Positions 19,542-28,719 of a DNA stretch of 64,000 nt are shown here, piece by piece. Below the pieces are notes generated by a model that made no database searches, had not been told where the DNA came from, and saw only the letters and a list, made by a program, of their open reading frames with translations. Numbering within the stretch: position 1 is the stretch's first letter; each line of letters starts with the position of its first letter. Source of the stretch: Escherichia phage vB_EcoM_G8. Both the position numbers and the translations under genes were made by a program. The stretch is taken from sequence record NC_054915.1; one strand, 5' to 3'.

Positions 19542-19683
19542 TGAAAGCTTTAACTAATGCTTTATTAACTTCAGCATACTGAGTAGTAGCCCATTGAACG
19601 TCATCTTTCATCATTGTGGTTTCTTTAGTAAACATGCTTTCATTCTTAAACCACCCCATAAAAACTACCTTTACCAATTCCAT
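19501..19683 (-). CDS. dmd: Dmd (antitoxin against RnlA/LsoA)
   Basis: 60-aa ORF MELVKVVFMGWFKNESMF..., T4 Dmd length and position next to gene 41. Confidence 0.75.
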   Translation of the reverse strand: MELVKVVFMGWFKNESMFTKETTMMKDDVQWATTQYAEVNKALVKAFIDDKKVCEVDCRG

Positions 19684-19712
19684 AACAATCTCCTCATTTA
19701 ACCAACAAGACT

Positions 19713-19742
19713 ACTATACCATAGTCTCGTTAGCTTGTAAAC
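19713..19742 (-). promoter_or_regulatory. T4-type early promoter for dmd (-10 TATAGT)
   Basis: plus strand actata-18nt-gtaaac overlapping gene 41 stop. Confidence 0.65.
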
Positions 19743-21169
19743 TAAAATTTTAATTCATTCGCCAAAGCATCTAACTGAGCTCGAGTGGATTCATTTCTTT
19801 GATAGCGATTCTGTTCAGCCTGAATCTGCTGTGAACCTGCTACTTCACTCACTTCAGTTGGAGTAGAATCTTGTTCAATTTCTACCCATTTCTGATTTCC
19901 CTTTTGAACACCCATCAAAAACTTATTCCACTTATTCTTATCACCATATCGTGATTTGATTTGCTTAATGAGTTGTTGTTCAGCAGCTGCTAGCTCCTCG
20001 GTTTCAATGACCGCAAGCATAAAATCAGCTGTCGCTGGAAGACCAGCAGATTCTGCGATATCACTCATGTTAACATCAGAAGAATCCCAAGCTTGTTTGC
20101 CGACCTGCGCTGCAGTCCAAAGAACAGTTTCGGTTTCAACAGCCAAAGCACGCAATTCCTCTGCAATAGCTTTAACAGTTGTGTAACTATTTTCTGAATA
20201 AACTCTAATGCGGCAAGATTTACAAATACCTAGATAGTCGACAATAATGATTGTTGGAACAAAATTCTTTTTGAGCTTTAATTCATTTAAAAGTGATCGA
20301 AATGTATTAGCGTCTGCTCCACCAGTAGGATATTGCTTAACGATTAAACGACCAAGGGTAGATTTCTCACGCCATTTTTCCATTTTTCCTTTATACTCGG
20401 CGTAAGAAATATGTCCATCATCAATATCGTCAAGAGAAACATCGAGCATATTAGCATCAATACGTTTAGCGCAGACTTCTTCTGCCATTTCCATGGAGAT
20501 ATAAAGAACGTTATGACCAAGCTGCAAATAATCTGCTGCTAATGAACACAATCCTAATGATTTACCAACGTTAACGCCAGCCATTAAAACGTTCAATGTT
20601 CCAGTTTCAGCTCCGCCTTTCGTAATTTTGTTTAGAATTCTGAGTTTAAATGGAACTTTACGAGCTTTATTCATATAAGATAGCCAACGTGCTTCATAGT
20701 CATCCATCCAATCATGACCAACGTAACTATCAAATGAAATAGATAATGCTTGCCGCATGATGTCAGGAATAGCACCAACATCCGGCATTTTCTTATTTCG
20801 TTTTTCCGGAGGAAGCTCAGCATTAGTTTGAATTTCGATTATTTTAGACGTAGCATTAAACATCGCCCTTTGCTGAACATATTTTTCTGTTTCTTTTATT
20901 AACCAACTGTGGTCTTCTGGAGAATCAGCCAGTTTTGAAATAAGTGTTTTTACACCAGAATATTCTGTTTCAGTAAATGAACTATTTTCTAATGCAACAT
21001 TTAACGCATTAATAGATGGAACGCTATGGTACTCATTAACATGAGATTTAATTAATTTGAATGTATTTTTAGCTGGACCACTTTCAAAATATTCTGAATC
21101 CATATATGGCCAAACTTTTGAAAAATAAGCTTGATCAAATATGAGATGAGAAAGAATAATTTCTACCAC
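19742..21169 (-). CDS. 41: replicative DNA helicase gp41 (DnaB-like)
   Basis: 475-aa ORF; Walker A GVNVGKS; T4 gp41 length. Confidence 0.95.
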   Translation of the reverse strand: MVEIILSHLIFDQAYFSKVWPYMDSEYFESGPAKNTFKLIKSHVNEYHSVPSINALNVALENSSFTETEYSGVKTLISKLADSPEDHSWLIKETEKYVQQRAMFNATSKIIEIQTNAELPPEKRNKKMPDVGAIPDIMRQALSISFDSYVGHDWMDDYEARWLSYMNKARKVPFKLRILNKITKGGAETGTLNVLMAGVNVGKSLGLCSLAADYLQLGHNVLYISMEMAEEVCAKRIDANMLDVSLDDIDDGHISYAEYKGKMEKWREKSTLGRLIVKQYPTGGADANTFRSLLNELKLKKNFVPTIIIVDYLGICKSCRIRVYSENSYTTVKAIAEELRALAVETETVLWTAAQVGKQAWDSSDVNMSDIAESAGLPATADFMLAVIETEELAAAEQQLIKQIKSRYGDKNKWNKFLMGVQKGNQKWVEIEQDSTPTEVSEVAGSQQIQAEQNRYQRNESTRAQLDALANELKF

Positions 21170-21178
21170 ACTTACTCC

Positions 21179-21541
21179 TTAAAAGAATTTAAATTTTTTC
21201 TTTGACCTTTTATTAAATGCATCTTGTAGTTGCATTGTAATACATTTTTCTACATGAGGAGCTAACTCAGCTTTTCTTTCTTGGTCAAGAACAGCAAAGT
21301 CCATTACAACCTTTCCATCAACCCAATCCAGTTTAGTTACATACACTATATGTGTAGAACCATCTTCTAGTTTAATGACAATCTCCTGGATAACATTTTC
21401 CATAGCGGATTTAATTATCTTAAGAGACTCATTAAAAAGACGTTCTTTTCTTTCTTCTTCCCCCTCCGAAGAGGGGGATTCATCGATAATTTCTAGATCT
21501 AAGTCTAAATCATCTTTATTCATTAAATTCTTCCATATCAC
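21179..21541 (-). CDS. 40: gp40-like protein (head vertex assembly)
   Basis: 120-aa ORF between 41 and uvsX as in T4. Confidence 0.6.
   Translation of the reverse strand: MIWKNLMNKDDLDLDLEIIDESPSSEGEEERKERLFNESLKIIKSAMENVIQEIVIKLEDGSTHIVYVTKLDWVDGKVVMDFAVLDQERKAELAPHVEKCITMQLQDAFNKRSKKKFKFF
21460..21477 (-). other. perfect 7-bp GC-rich C(UUCG)G hairpin embedded in gene 40 coding sequence
   Basis: plus strand ccccctc-cgaa-gaggggg encoding ESPSSEGEE. Confidence 0.6.
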
Positions 21542-22697
21542 TTAACTGTTCTAGGTCAGTTTCTAAATCAGCTGCTGATTTACTTTTACTTTCTGGAGAT
21601 TTAAATTTTTCAACCTTTGAGTTAATCAATTCATCAACTTCAGCTTCAACAATTTCATTACTATCAATAGCACCTAACTGATAAGCACGTTTAATAGCAT
21701 CTCGGAATGGTTGATGCTTAAATAAAGGACCCCAGAATGTAGTGCAGTTAGTATCTTTTGCACGCCAAGATTTTTCTTCGCGAATCATCTCGCCAGTTTC
21801 TTCGTCAAGAAATTCACGAGCATACCAACCATTTTTAGGTTTTACTACAAATCTTAATTCTAGAGCCATATCTAACAATCCAGAATAAGGATCGATACCA
21901 CCGTCAAATTTAACATCAATAAAGAATTTACTTTTTTCTTTAACGGTACGAGATTTTTCTACATTTAGAACAAATTGATACCCCTGAAGATCAGAACCAT
22001 CTTTAATCTGGCGTTTACCGATAATGAATACGGTATCAGCCGAATACATTACGCCTGTACCACCTGTCATCACGGTTTTACTAAACATTTCAATTGTTTC
22101 AATTGTATGGTTAACCGCAACGCACGGAATATTTTTAATGCTAAAATAAGGAGTAACAATACGGAATAATGACTTCAGTGATTTAGCACGAGTCATATCT
22201 GCCACAGATTTTTCATTCAAGGCATCTTCCGTTTCTTTCTTAGAAGCCATATTACCAATTGAGTCGATGAATACTATAACCTTTTCACCACGCTCAATAG
22301 CTTCAAGCTGATTCACCATATCAATTTTCAGCTGTTCAACTGACTGGATTGGCGTATGAATTACTCGTTCCGGGTCAACTCCCATGGATCGCAAATAAGC
22401 TGGAGTAATACCAAATTCGCTATCATAGAATAGACAAACCGCGTCAGGATATTTGTTCAAATACGCTGCAACCATAGTCAAAGACATATTTGATTTAAAG
22501 TGTTTAGAAGGACCTGCAAAAATAGTTAAACCCGACTGCATGCCGCCATCAATCGCACCAGAAATAGCAATATTAAGCATTGGGATTTTTGTACGGATTA
22601 CATCCTTTTCATTAAAGAATTTAGATGTAGTCAGTTCAGCAGTCATTTTAGAAGTGGAAGCTTTAATCAAACGGGATTTTAAATCTGCAATAGACAT
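21516..22697 (-). CDS. uvsX: UvsX recombinase (RecA-like)
   Basis: 393-aa ORF closely matching remembered T4 UvsX. Confidence 0.95.
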   Translation of the reverse strand: MSIADLKSRLIKASTSKMTAELTTSKFFNEKDVIRTKIPMLNIAISGAIDGGMQSGLTIFAGPSKHFKSNMSLTMVAAYLNKYPDAVCLFYDSEFGITPAYLRSMGVDPERVIHTPIQSVEQLKIDMVNQLEAIERGEKVIVFIDSIGNMASKKETEDALNEKSVADMTRAKSLKSLFRIVTPYFSIKNIPCVAVNHTIETIEMFSKTVMTGGTGVMYSADTVFIIGKRQIKDGSDLQGYQFVLNVEKSRTVKEKSKFFIDVKFDGGIDPYSGLLDMALELRFVVKPKNGWYAREFLDEETGEMIREEKSWRAKDTNCTTFWGPLFKHQPFRDAIKRAYQLGAIDSNEIVEAEVDELINSKVEKFKSPESKSKSAADLETDLEQLSDMEEFNE

Positions 22698-22774
22698 TCA
22701 TTTTTTCCATAGGCATCATTATATTTTCCTCACTGGTTAAAGATAGAGTAATTATAACACAATAAATTTAGGCA

Positions 22775-23623
22775 TTAATCAACTGCTATTGGATGAATAG
22801 CATTAAACTTATGAAATGCTTCTGATTTTTCTTTACGCGAAACACACATGCGAAGAACCTTTAATGGCTCGTCTTCTTCACCCAACGATTTTCGTTTTTC
22901 AATATTCGATGTTTTCCAACGAGCTTGCTCTGGAAACTCTCTATTAATCTGCTCAAGCGCTCTATTATGTTTAGAATTACTACGAATTGAACTGCACCCG
23001 CCAGGAGCTTGTGCTTTTCCAGATACAACTAGATATTTGAACAAGGCCAAATGCGGATAACCTTGATTAATTAAATTGAGAAATGCATACATATCTTCGC
23101 ATAAATCAATTTTTCCATACCCAATTTGTTCTGTCGTAAGTTTTCCGAGGTCATACCACGTATTCGTGAATCCATATGAGTTTTCACGATAATTACCCCA
23201 AGATGAAGTAATTTTAAAAATTGGTAGACGAGCATGGCCATGATAATACCCGCAATCCATGGCATCCTCAACGTATTGAATCAATTCATAGAACTGTTCA
23301 CGAGTTAATTGATTAATTTTATCTACGCGCCGTTTATCGTCTCTCTTTCGTATTGAACTCATACGAATAGTAGTATCATCATCAATCATCCAGATTCGTT
23401 GACCTGCATACATATCAGTAATTGCTTTACGAGTACCGGCAATTCCATTAACATCATCAGGAATAGCTATAATTTTAGCTCTAGACCCATAAGCATCATA
23501 ATAAGCTTTTTCTTCATGTTCACGCACTACAATATGGGGTTCATAATCAGTCGGAAACATATTAAGGGCAGAAACTGCCCCGACGCGCTGATAACTTGGA
23601 ATTACGAATTGAATCATTTCCAC
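22775..23623 (-). CDS. GT-A fold glycosyltransferase at the beta-gt locus (candidate T2/T6-type beta-glucosyl-HMC-alpha-glucosyltransferase)
   Basis: 282-aa ORF; VIPSYQR and DDD (DxD) motifs; sits between uvsX and gene 42 where T4 has 351-aa beta-gt. Confidence 0.65.
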   Translation of the reverse strand: MEMIQFVIPSYQRVGAVSALNMFPTDYEPHIVVREHEEKAYYDAYGSRAKIIAIPDDVNGIAGTRKAITDMYAGQRIWMIDDDTTIRMSSIRKRDDKRRVDKINQLTREQFYELIQYVEDAMDCGYYHGHARLPIFKITSSWGNYRENSYGFTNTWYDLGKLTTEQIGYGKIDLCEDMYAFLNLINQGYPHLALFKYLVVSGKAQAPGGCSSIRSNSKHNRALEQINREFPEQARWKTSNIEKRKSLGEEDEPLKVLRMCVSRKEKSEAFHKFNAIHPIAVD

Positions 23624-24354
23624 TCACCGTTATAATCTTTTTTCACAATATGAGTTTCGCCAGTATTCCACCAATGATCAACCAAGTAAAAATGACGAGA
23701 ATATACATGAAGACTTCCAACATTCCATATAATAGAACCTGCTTTATACTGACGAGTTGAATCGCCGGCATTCAAATCAGATACTAATTTATCTAATACG
23801 TATTTTTGCCATGCATAATCATTACGGAATCCGAAGACCACGTCATTTGAGCGCATGCTTACTACTGCATTGACTTTCTTATCACGAATCAGATACTGTA
23901 CTGTATTAGTACACATGAAATCTGACATGCCATCTTTATTATAGTCAAACTGCATAGATGGACGAGTATAAATCATGATACCACGTCGAGAATCAGGATT
24001 TTGACCAAGTTCAGCTAAACACATATCATACTGGGCATAGTTATCTTCTGACCAGATAGCCCAACCATAATTCGAGTTAATTTCGCCTTTAGAAGATGCT
24101 ACTTGCTGCCAAATCTTCGGTGTTTCACCCGGAATATCTTTAACGAACAAGCTCTTAGATTTATACCATTCAAGTTCACGCTGAATGTATTCATCATTAA
24201 GAGCGCCAAAAATAAACGGTTCATCTGCTACAAATGATGCGCCAATAATTTCAATAGTTTTAACACCAGTTTTATCAACTACGAAATCTTTTTCCTTTAA
24301 TGCAGTTCCCAAATGAAGACGGATTTCTTCAACTGTCATAGAGTCACTAATCAT
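23614..24354 (-). CDS. 42: dCMP hydroxymethylase gp42
   Basis: 246-aa ORF; thymidylate-synthase-like fold motifs; T4 gp42 length. Confidence 0.93.
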   Translation of the reverse strand: MISDSMTVEEIRLHLGTALKEKDFVVDKTGVKTIEIIGASFVADEPFIFGALNDEYIQRELEWYKSKSLFVKDIPGETPKIWQQVASSKGEINSNYGWAIWSEDNYAQYDMCLAELGQNPDSRRGIMIYTRPSMQFDYNKDGMSDFMCTNTVQYLIRDKKVNAVVSMRSNDVVFGFRNDYAWQKYVLDKLVSDLNAGDSTRQYKAGSIIWNVGSLHVYSRHFYLVDHWWNTGETHIVKKDYNGEWK

Positions 24355-24507
24355 TTAAACCTCAATTGATATATTCATATTTAACTTGTAACAGTAATAA
24401 ACCCCAACCTAAAATAATAGTTGGAATCATAAGAGGAACCGTTACACTATAGTATATACTTATTATAATCATCAAGATTAAAAGCAATGCTGCTATAATT
24501 TTGCTTT

Positions 24508-24759
24508 TCATTCCTTCTCTCTGATGATAATTACCTGATTTGGCTGCGCAGACTTTTTAGTTTCACCTGCAATTGACCAAATAAATGTAATAAACCAACC
24601 AATAATTGACCAGTTAAACAGTAAAGACGTGAAAAAGATTCCTACTGTCGATTTTGACCCACGCATCAAGGCGATAAACCATGGAAGCATGTATATAATA
24701 ATAGCCAACACACCTGAAACTAAAACCATAAAAATTGAACCTGCTACTAAAGTTTCCAT
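24508..24759 (-). CDS. imm: Imm superinfection immunity membrane protein
   Basis: 83-aa ORF with two TM segments, T4 Imm length/position. Confidence 0.85.
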   Translation of the reverse strand: METLVAGSIFMVLVSGVLAIIIYMLPWFIALMRGSKSTVGIFFTSLLFNWSIIGWFITFIWSIAGETKKSAQPNQVIIIREKE

Positions 24760-24766
24760 GTTTTCC

Positions 24767-25147
24767 TCACTTAGTCAAATTTTTTACACATGAATTATAA
24801 GAATTCACTACATACTCCATCGGAGCATTTTTACCGGTACGCCATTGGTAATTATTAGCCCAATTAGCCCAAATTTCGGCGCAGTAGTTTTCAATTTTTT
24901 CTTCGCGTGTAATTACATCCGAATTACGATATGCTTGAGCAGATTCATCTGGACGAATAGCTTCGTCAAAATTCGCCTGCATTTGTTCGACTGTTTGCTT
25001 TGGAGCTTCTTTATAACACTTGACATTAGGATTATAAAATTTGCTTGAACAGTTTACAATTTTTCCTACATTAGACTGATTTACTACCGGTCCTTGAGCT
25101 ACACAACCAGTAAGACCTAATGCAATAACCAAAATAGCGATTTTCAT
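24767..25147 (-). CDS. putative lipoprotein (signal peptide + lipobox LTGC)
   Basis: 126-aa ORF. Confidence 0.6.
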   Translation of the reverse strand: MKIAILVIALGLTGCVAQGPVVNQSNVGKIVNCSSKFYNPNVKCYKEAPKQTVEQMQANFDEAIRPDESAQAYRNSDVITREEKIENYCAEIWANWANNYQWRTGKNAPMEYVVNSYNSCVKNLTK

Positions 25148-25157
25148 AATAATTTCC

Positions 25158-25406
25158 TCAAATGCAAGTAGTAATTACTCCAGTAGTGCTTATGCAGGTA
25201 TTACCTAATTGAACACCCAGCGTTCCATTAGTATTCATATGAAGATTATCATCAATTTTTGTTGATACTTTACCATTCATGTGAATAACAGTATTAGATT
25301 CAATCACATTCTGAGTATCATTTTCAATATCAATAAATGGAACAGCTGCTAATGCAACTAAACAAACTGCTAAGCATCCCATAACAATTTTCATTTTATT
25401 CTCCAA
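25158..25406 (-). CDS. small secreted protein (signal peptide); true start probably M5 MKIVMG
   Basis: 82-aa track ORF; GGAG RBS lies inside first codons; downstream of early promoter. Confidence 0.55.
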   Translation of the reverse strand: MENKMKIVMGCLAVCLVALAAVPFIDIENDTQNVIESNTVIHMNGKVSTKIDDNLHMNTNGTLGVQLGNTCISTTGVITTCI

Positions 25407-25428
25407 ATCCGTATTAGTTGATAGTTGT

Positions 25429-25458
25429 ATAGTACCATAGAAGAACAGGGATGTAAAC
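25429..25458 (-). promoter_or_regulatory. T4-type early promoter within repeated promoter cassette
   Basis: plus strand gttgatagttgtatagtaccat...gtaaac. Confidence 0.65.
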
Positions 25459-25545
25459 AGTTTTGTGAAAAATTTTTAGGGAATCCAAAGGGTCCAGAAT
25501 CATCTCTTTTTCATAAGTATAGATTTATATTACTTGTATGAAAAA

Positions 25546-25561
25546 GGGACCTGGAGGTCCC
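25546..25561 (-). terminator. intrinsic terminator downstream of gene 43 (GC stem gggacc/ggtccc followed by U5 on minus strand)
   Basis: plus strand aaaaa-gggacc-tgga-ggtccc. Confidence 0.6.
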
Positions 25562-25574
25562 TAGATTTATTCTA

Positions 25575-28271
25575 TCAGCCAAACAGGAAGTCTAACGAAG
25601 CTTTTTCTTCATAGTCCATGCCAGCCGATTCACACATACCCGCAAGCGGTTTAACAAACGATTTTTGGAACAAAGTTGAGTGGTCAATCCAAGATAGTAC
25701 ATCAGAACGAATTTCTTTTGGAAGTTCTGTACCCGACGGCCAAGCAATGCACTTGTCACCAAATGGATTTCCTTCACGTAATGGAAGAACCATTACTTTA
25801 TTTCCATCCAAAATTGGAGCTACACCCAGACCACTAACAGCTCGACGATAAGTTAGCACCCCACGAATGTGGAACGGGCATTTAAATCCTGGCCAACCTT
25901 TATCATCATATTTCGCTATATCGTTCGCAGTTTTTACTTCAGCAATAACTTTATAGTCAAGTTGACGATATTCTTTCTCGAAGTTCTTGTAATATTCTTG
26001 GACAGACTCTTCACCTTCCTGAAGAATACGACGAATACTTTCTTCGAGAGCTTCTTGCACTGCTTTTGGTGTTGAACTCTGCTGAGTTTCCATACCCATG
26101 ATTTTTAGATGCGGTTCAGCAAATCGTTTATCTTCCATATCATAAACGTTCAGAGCATAACGCTTTTTCGCTTTCCAAAATCCACCTACGCCCTTTGAAC
26201 CAAGCGGAGGGCAAGAAATAGCTTCACGGTCCATATGCATCAGATGCTCGCGGTTATTCATATAATCACATAACTCACGATATGCAACATCAATCATAGG
26301 TTCCATCTTTTTCTTACCGAACTGATTCATGAATTCAACTAAATCGTTCTGCTCTTTGAATCGGTCAAGACCAACTTTTTCAATAACTTTATCTACGCAA
26401 ACATATACCGAATCAGTATCACCTGCTGCGATGAAATCTTCACCGTTAGTTCCGCATACTTTATTCAGATATTCATTAATTTTACGAGCAATCCACTGAA
26501 TACCGACTTGACCAAAAATTGTGATAGCAGTAGCATTTCGCAAATCATAGTAACGGAAATGAATATTACCAAGAGCACCATAAAGACTGTTAATAAGAAT
26601 TTTACGGTTCAGCTGATTTGTGTTAGCAAGTGTAGCTGCTTTTTCACATTCCTCAATCAGACTATTGAGAACAGATTCAGTATAATTCGATAGTTCATTT
26701 AAGAAATCATCACTGAACTTAACATATCGTTCAACTTCTGGTTTAGTTGAACAAGACCCTGCGCCTTTCATAATAATCTTTTTAATAGCTTCGGCATTCA
26801 TTTCTTCAGCGAACATTTTCTTTTTCCAGTCTTTACGCTGGAAAAATACTTTAGCAATTTCCTTTGGAATGATACCTTCTTGATGCTTATCATACATCCA
26901 TCCATTCGGAGAACAAGAATATTCATCACTCGGTTTAGGAGCTGTTCCTGCGATATATTCATGAATTGGATGAACTTTAAACTGACCACGAATAGTTTCA
27001 GGACTAATGTTAACCTGGCGAATAATGCTCGGATACAGAGAAGTCAAGTCAAAACTCATAATGTATCGACGAGCAATTGGCTTAGGTTCAAACACAAATG
27101 CACCCGGAAAACTCTGTTTAACATGCGAACCTTGTTGAGGAATAACCTTATGTTCACCTTTCAATGAGTTAAAAATAATAGCATCCCAAGTTTTAATAGG
27201 ACTCATTACACCAGAAAAAGGCATTTTAGCATAATAAGACATACTTAAAACTAGATCGATAAACCCGCGAATTTTATCAATTGCTTGAACTGATTCTACG
27301 TCAATGATGTTATAACTAATGTATCGTTGATGATTAGTCTCACGAAGTTTATTAATAGGACCGTCGTATGGTAATTTACCTTTTTTGGTTTCATGTTGAG
27401 CAACTGATTCCAAAGAGAATGACGGCAAATTAGTAAAAGCGAATTTCTTGTACAAATCTAAATAATCAAGAATAGATACGCCATCAATAGAATAAATTTC
27501 TTTGCTACCGTACATATTTTGAATTAGTTTAGATTTTACCCGACCGATTGGAGAGAAACGTTTCATACTGCGTTCGCCCAGAATCATTTTAACACGATTC
27601 ATGATATACGGAACGTCAAACCCCTCAATATTCCAACCAGTAAAAATAGCAGGTCGTTTCTGTTCCCAGAGATTGATATATTCCATGAGCATATCACGCT
27701 CATTATCGAATGGCATATAAATTACTCGGTCAAGAATTTCTTGAGGAACTTCATCACCACCTTCACAGTCAAGCTTAGCAGCTAACTTTGCATCCCATTT
27801 TGATACTGAACCATACATTGAATTCAAAAGGTCGAAAACATAAAAACGATCGTCAATTGAATCGTAATGAGTGATAGCATCAATTTCATATTCAGCTTTC
27901 ATTGGGTCAGGAAATTTATCACCAGTAACCTCAATGTCACAGTTAGCTACACGAACAAATTTTCGGTCATAAACAATTTCTGAACCATACGTATCACTGA
28001 TATAAGCGAGTTTAAAATCGTTCATACCGAGAGCTTCGAGACCGATGTCTTCCATTCGCTTCATCCAATCTCGAGCATCTTTCATTGATGGAAATTTTTG
28101 AGGAGCGCAATTTTTACCATAAATGTCTTTGTATTTTGACTCTTCCTTACAATGCCTAAACATAGTTGGAAGATATTCTACTTCACGAGTACGTTCCTTT
28201 CCGTTTTCATCAATATAACGTTCAACAATGTTATTTCCGACTGTTTCGATAGAGATATAAAATTCTTTCAT
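25575..28271 (-). CDS. 43: DNA polymerase gp43 (family B)
   Basis: 898-aa ORF, T4 gp43 length; exonuclease and polymerase motifs (DTDS, YGG). Confidence 0.97.
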   Translation of the reverse strand: MKEFYISIETVGNNIVERYIDENGKERTREVEYLPTMFRHCKEESKYKDIYGKNCAPQKFPSMKDARDWMKRMEDIGLEALGMNDFKLAYISDTYGSEIVYDRKFVRVANCDIEVTGDKFPDPMKAEYEIDAITHYDSIDDRFYVFDLLNSMYGSVSKWDAKLAAKLDCEGGDEVPQEILDRVIYMPFDNERDMLMEYINLWEQKRPAIFTGWNIEGFDVPYIMNRVKMILGERSMKRFSPIGRVKSKLIQNMYGSKEIYSIDGVSILDYLDLYKKFAFTNLPSFSLESVAQHETKKGKLPYDGPINKLRETNHQRYISYNIIDVESVQAIDKIRGFIDLVLSMSYYAKMPFSGVMSPIKTWDAIIFNSLKGEHKVIPQQGSHVKQSFPGAFVFEPKPIARRYIMSFDLTSLYPSIIRQVNISPETIRGQFKVHPIHEYIAGTAPKPSDEYSCSPNGWMYDKHQEGIIPKEIAKVFFQRKDWKKKMFAEEMNAEAIKKIIMKGAGSCSTKPEVERYVKFSDDFLNELSNYTESVLNSLIEECEKAATLANTNQLNRKILINSLYGALGNIHFRYYDLRNATAITIFGQVGIQWIARKINEYLNKVCGTNGEDFIAAGDTDSVYVCVDKVIEKVGLDRFKEQNDLVEFMNQFGKKKMEPMIDVAYRELCDYMNNREHLMHMDREAISCPPLGSKGVGGFWKAKKRYALNVYDMEDKRFAEPHLKIMGMETQQSSTPKAVQEALEESIRRILQEGEESVQEYYKNFEKEYRQLDYKVIAEVKTANDIAKYDDKGWPGFKCPFHIRGVLTYRRAVSGLGVAPILDGNKVMVLPLREGNPFGDKCIAWPSGTELPKEIRSDVLSWIDHSTLFQKSFVKPLAGMCESAGMDYEEKASLDFLFG

Positions 28272-28274
28272 AGA

Positions 28275-28309
28275 TATTCCTTAGTTTATAGCCCGAGTTA
28301 TTAGGCTCT
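28275..28309 (-). promoter_or_regulatory. gene 43 translational operator (hairpin plus adjacent RBS region bound by gp43)
   Basis: minus strand reads AAGAGCCUAAUAACUCGGGCUAUAAACUAAGGAAUAUCUAUG, matching remembered T4 operator. Confidence 0.7.
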
Positions 28310-28331
28310 TGATATATTATACTCCAAATAA

Positions 28332-28345
28332 GGGGCCGAAGCCCC
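28332..28345 (-). promoter_or_regulatory. C(UUCG)G stem-loop between regA and gene 43, followed by ttggagTATAAT
   Basis: plus strand ggggc-cgaa-gcccc. Confidence 0.55.
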
Positions 28346-28349
28346 TTGC

Positions 28350-28718
28350 TTAATTACCAATCGTATATTTAGGAACGAGTTTCCATTCATGTTTTTGTTT
28401 AAAAGAAATAACTCGGAAGTTATTAGTTAAATCTTTCATAAAAGTTCTTTGACCAGGAACGATTTCAATCAGTCCCCAATCTTCTAACAACCATGCAATC
28501 GAATCACGACGAACTTCATCTTCTTCTGTCATTTCAACTTGGCGACCATCCATACGAAGCATTTCTTTAAAATGAACGATATAGTATAGTCCTTTTTTCT
28601 GAAGAATATGACAGGACTGATACAGAACTTTATCTTTATTATTAGCAATTCCCATACGAGTCAAAGTTTCTTTTACTTTCAGAAAATCTTCAGGTTTTTT
28701 AAGAGTAATTTCAATCAT
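28350..28718 (-). CDS. regA: RegA translational repressor
   Basis: 122-aa ORF, T4 RegA length and position. Confidence 0.9.
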   Translation of the reverse strand: MIEITLKKPEDFLKVKETLTRMGIANNKDKVLYQSCHILQKKGLYYIVHFKEMLRMDGRQVEMTEEDEVRRDSIAWLLEDWGLIEIVPGQRTFMKDLTNNFRVISFKQKHEWKLVPKYTIGN

Positions 28719-28719
28719 T

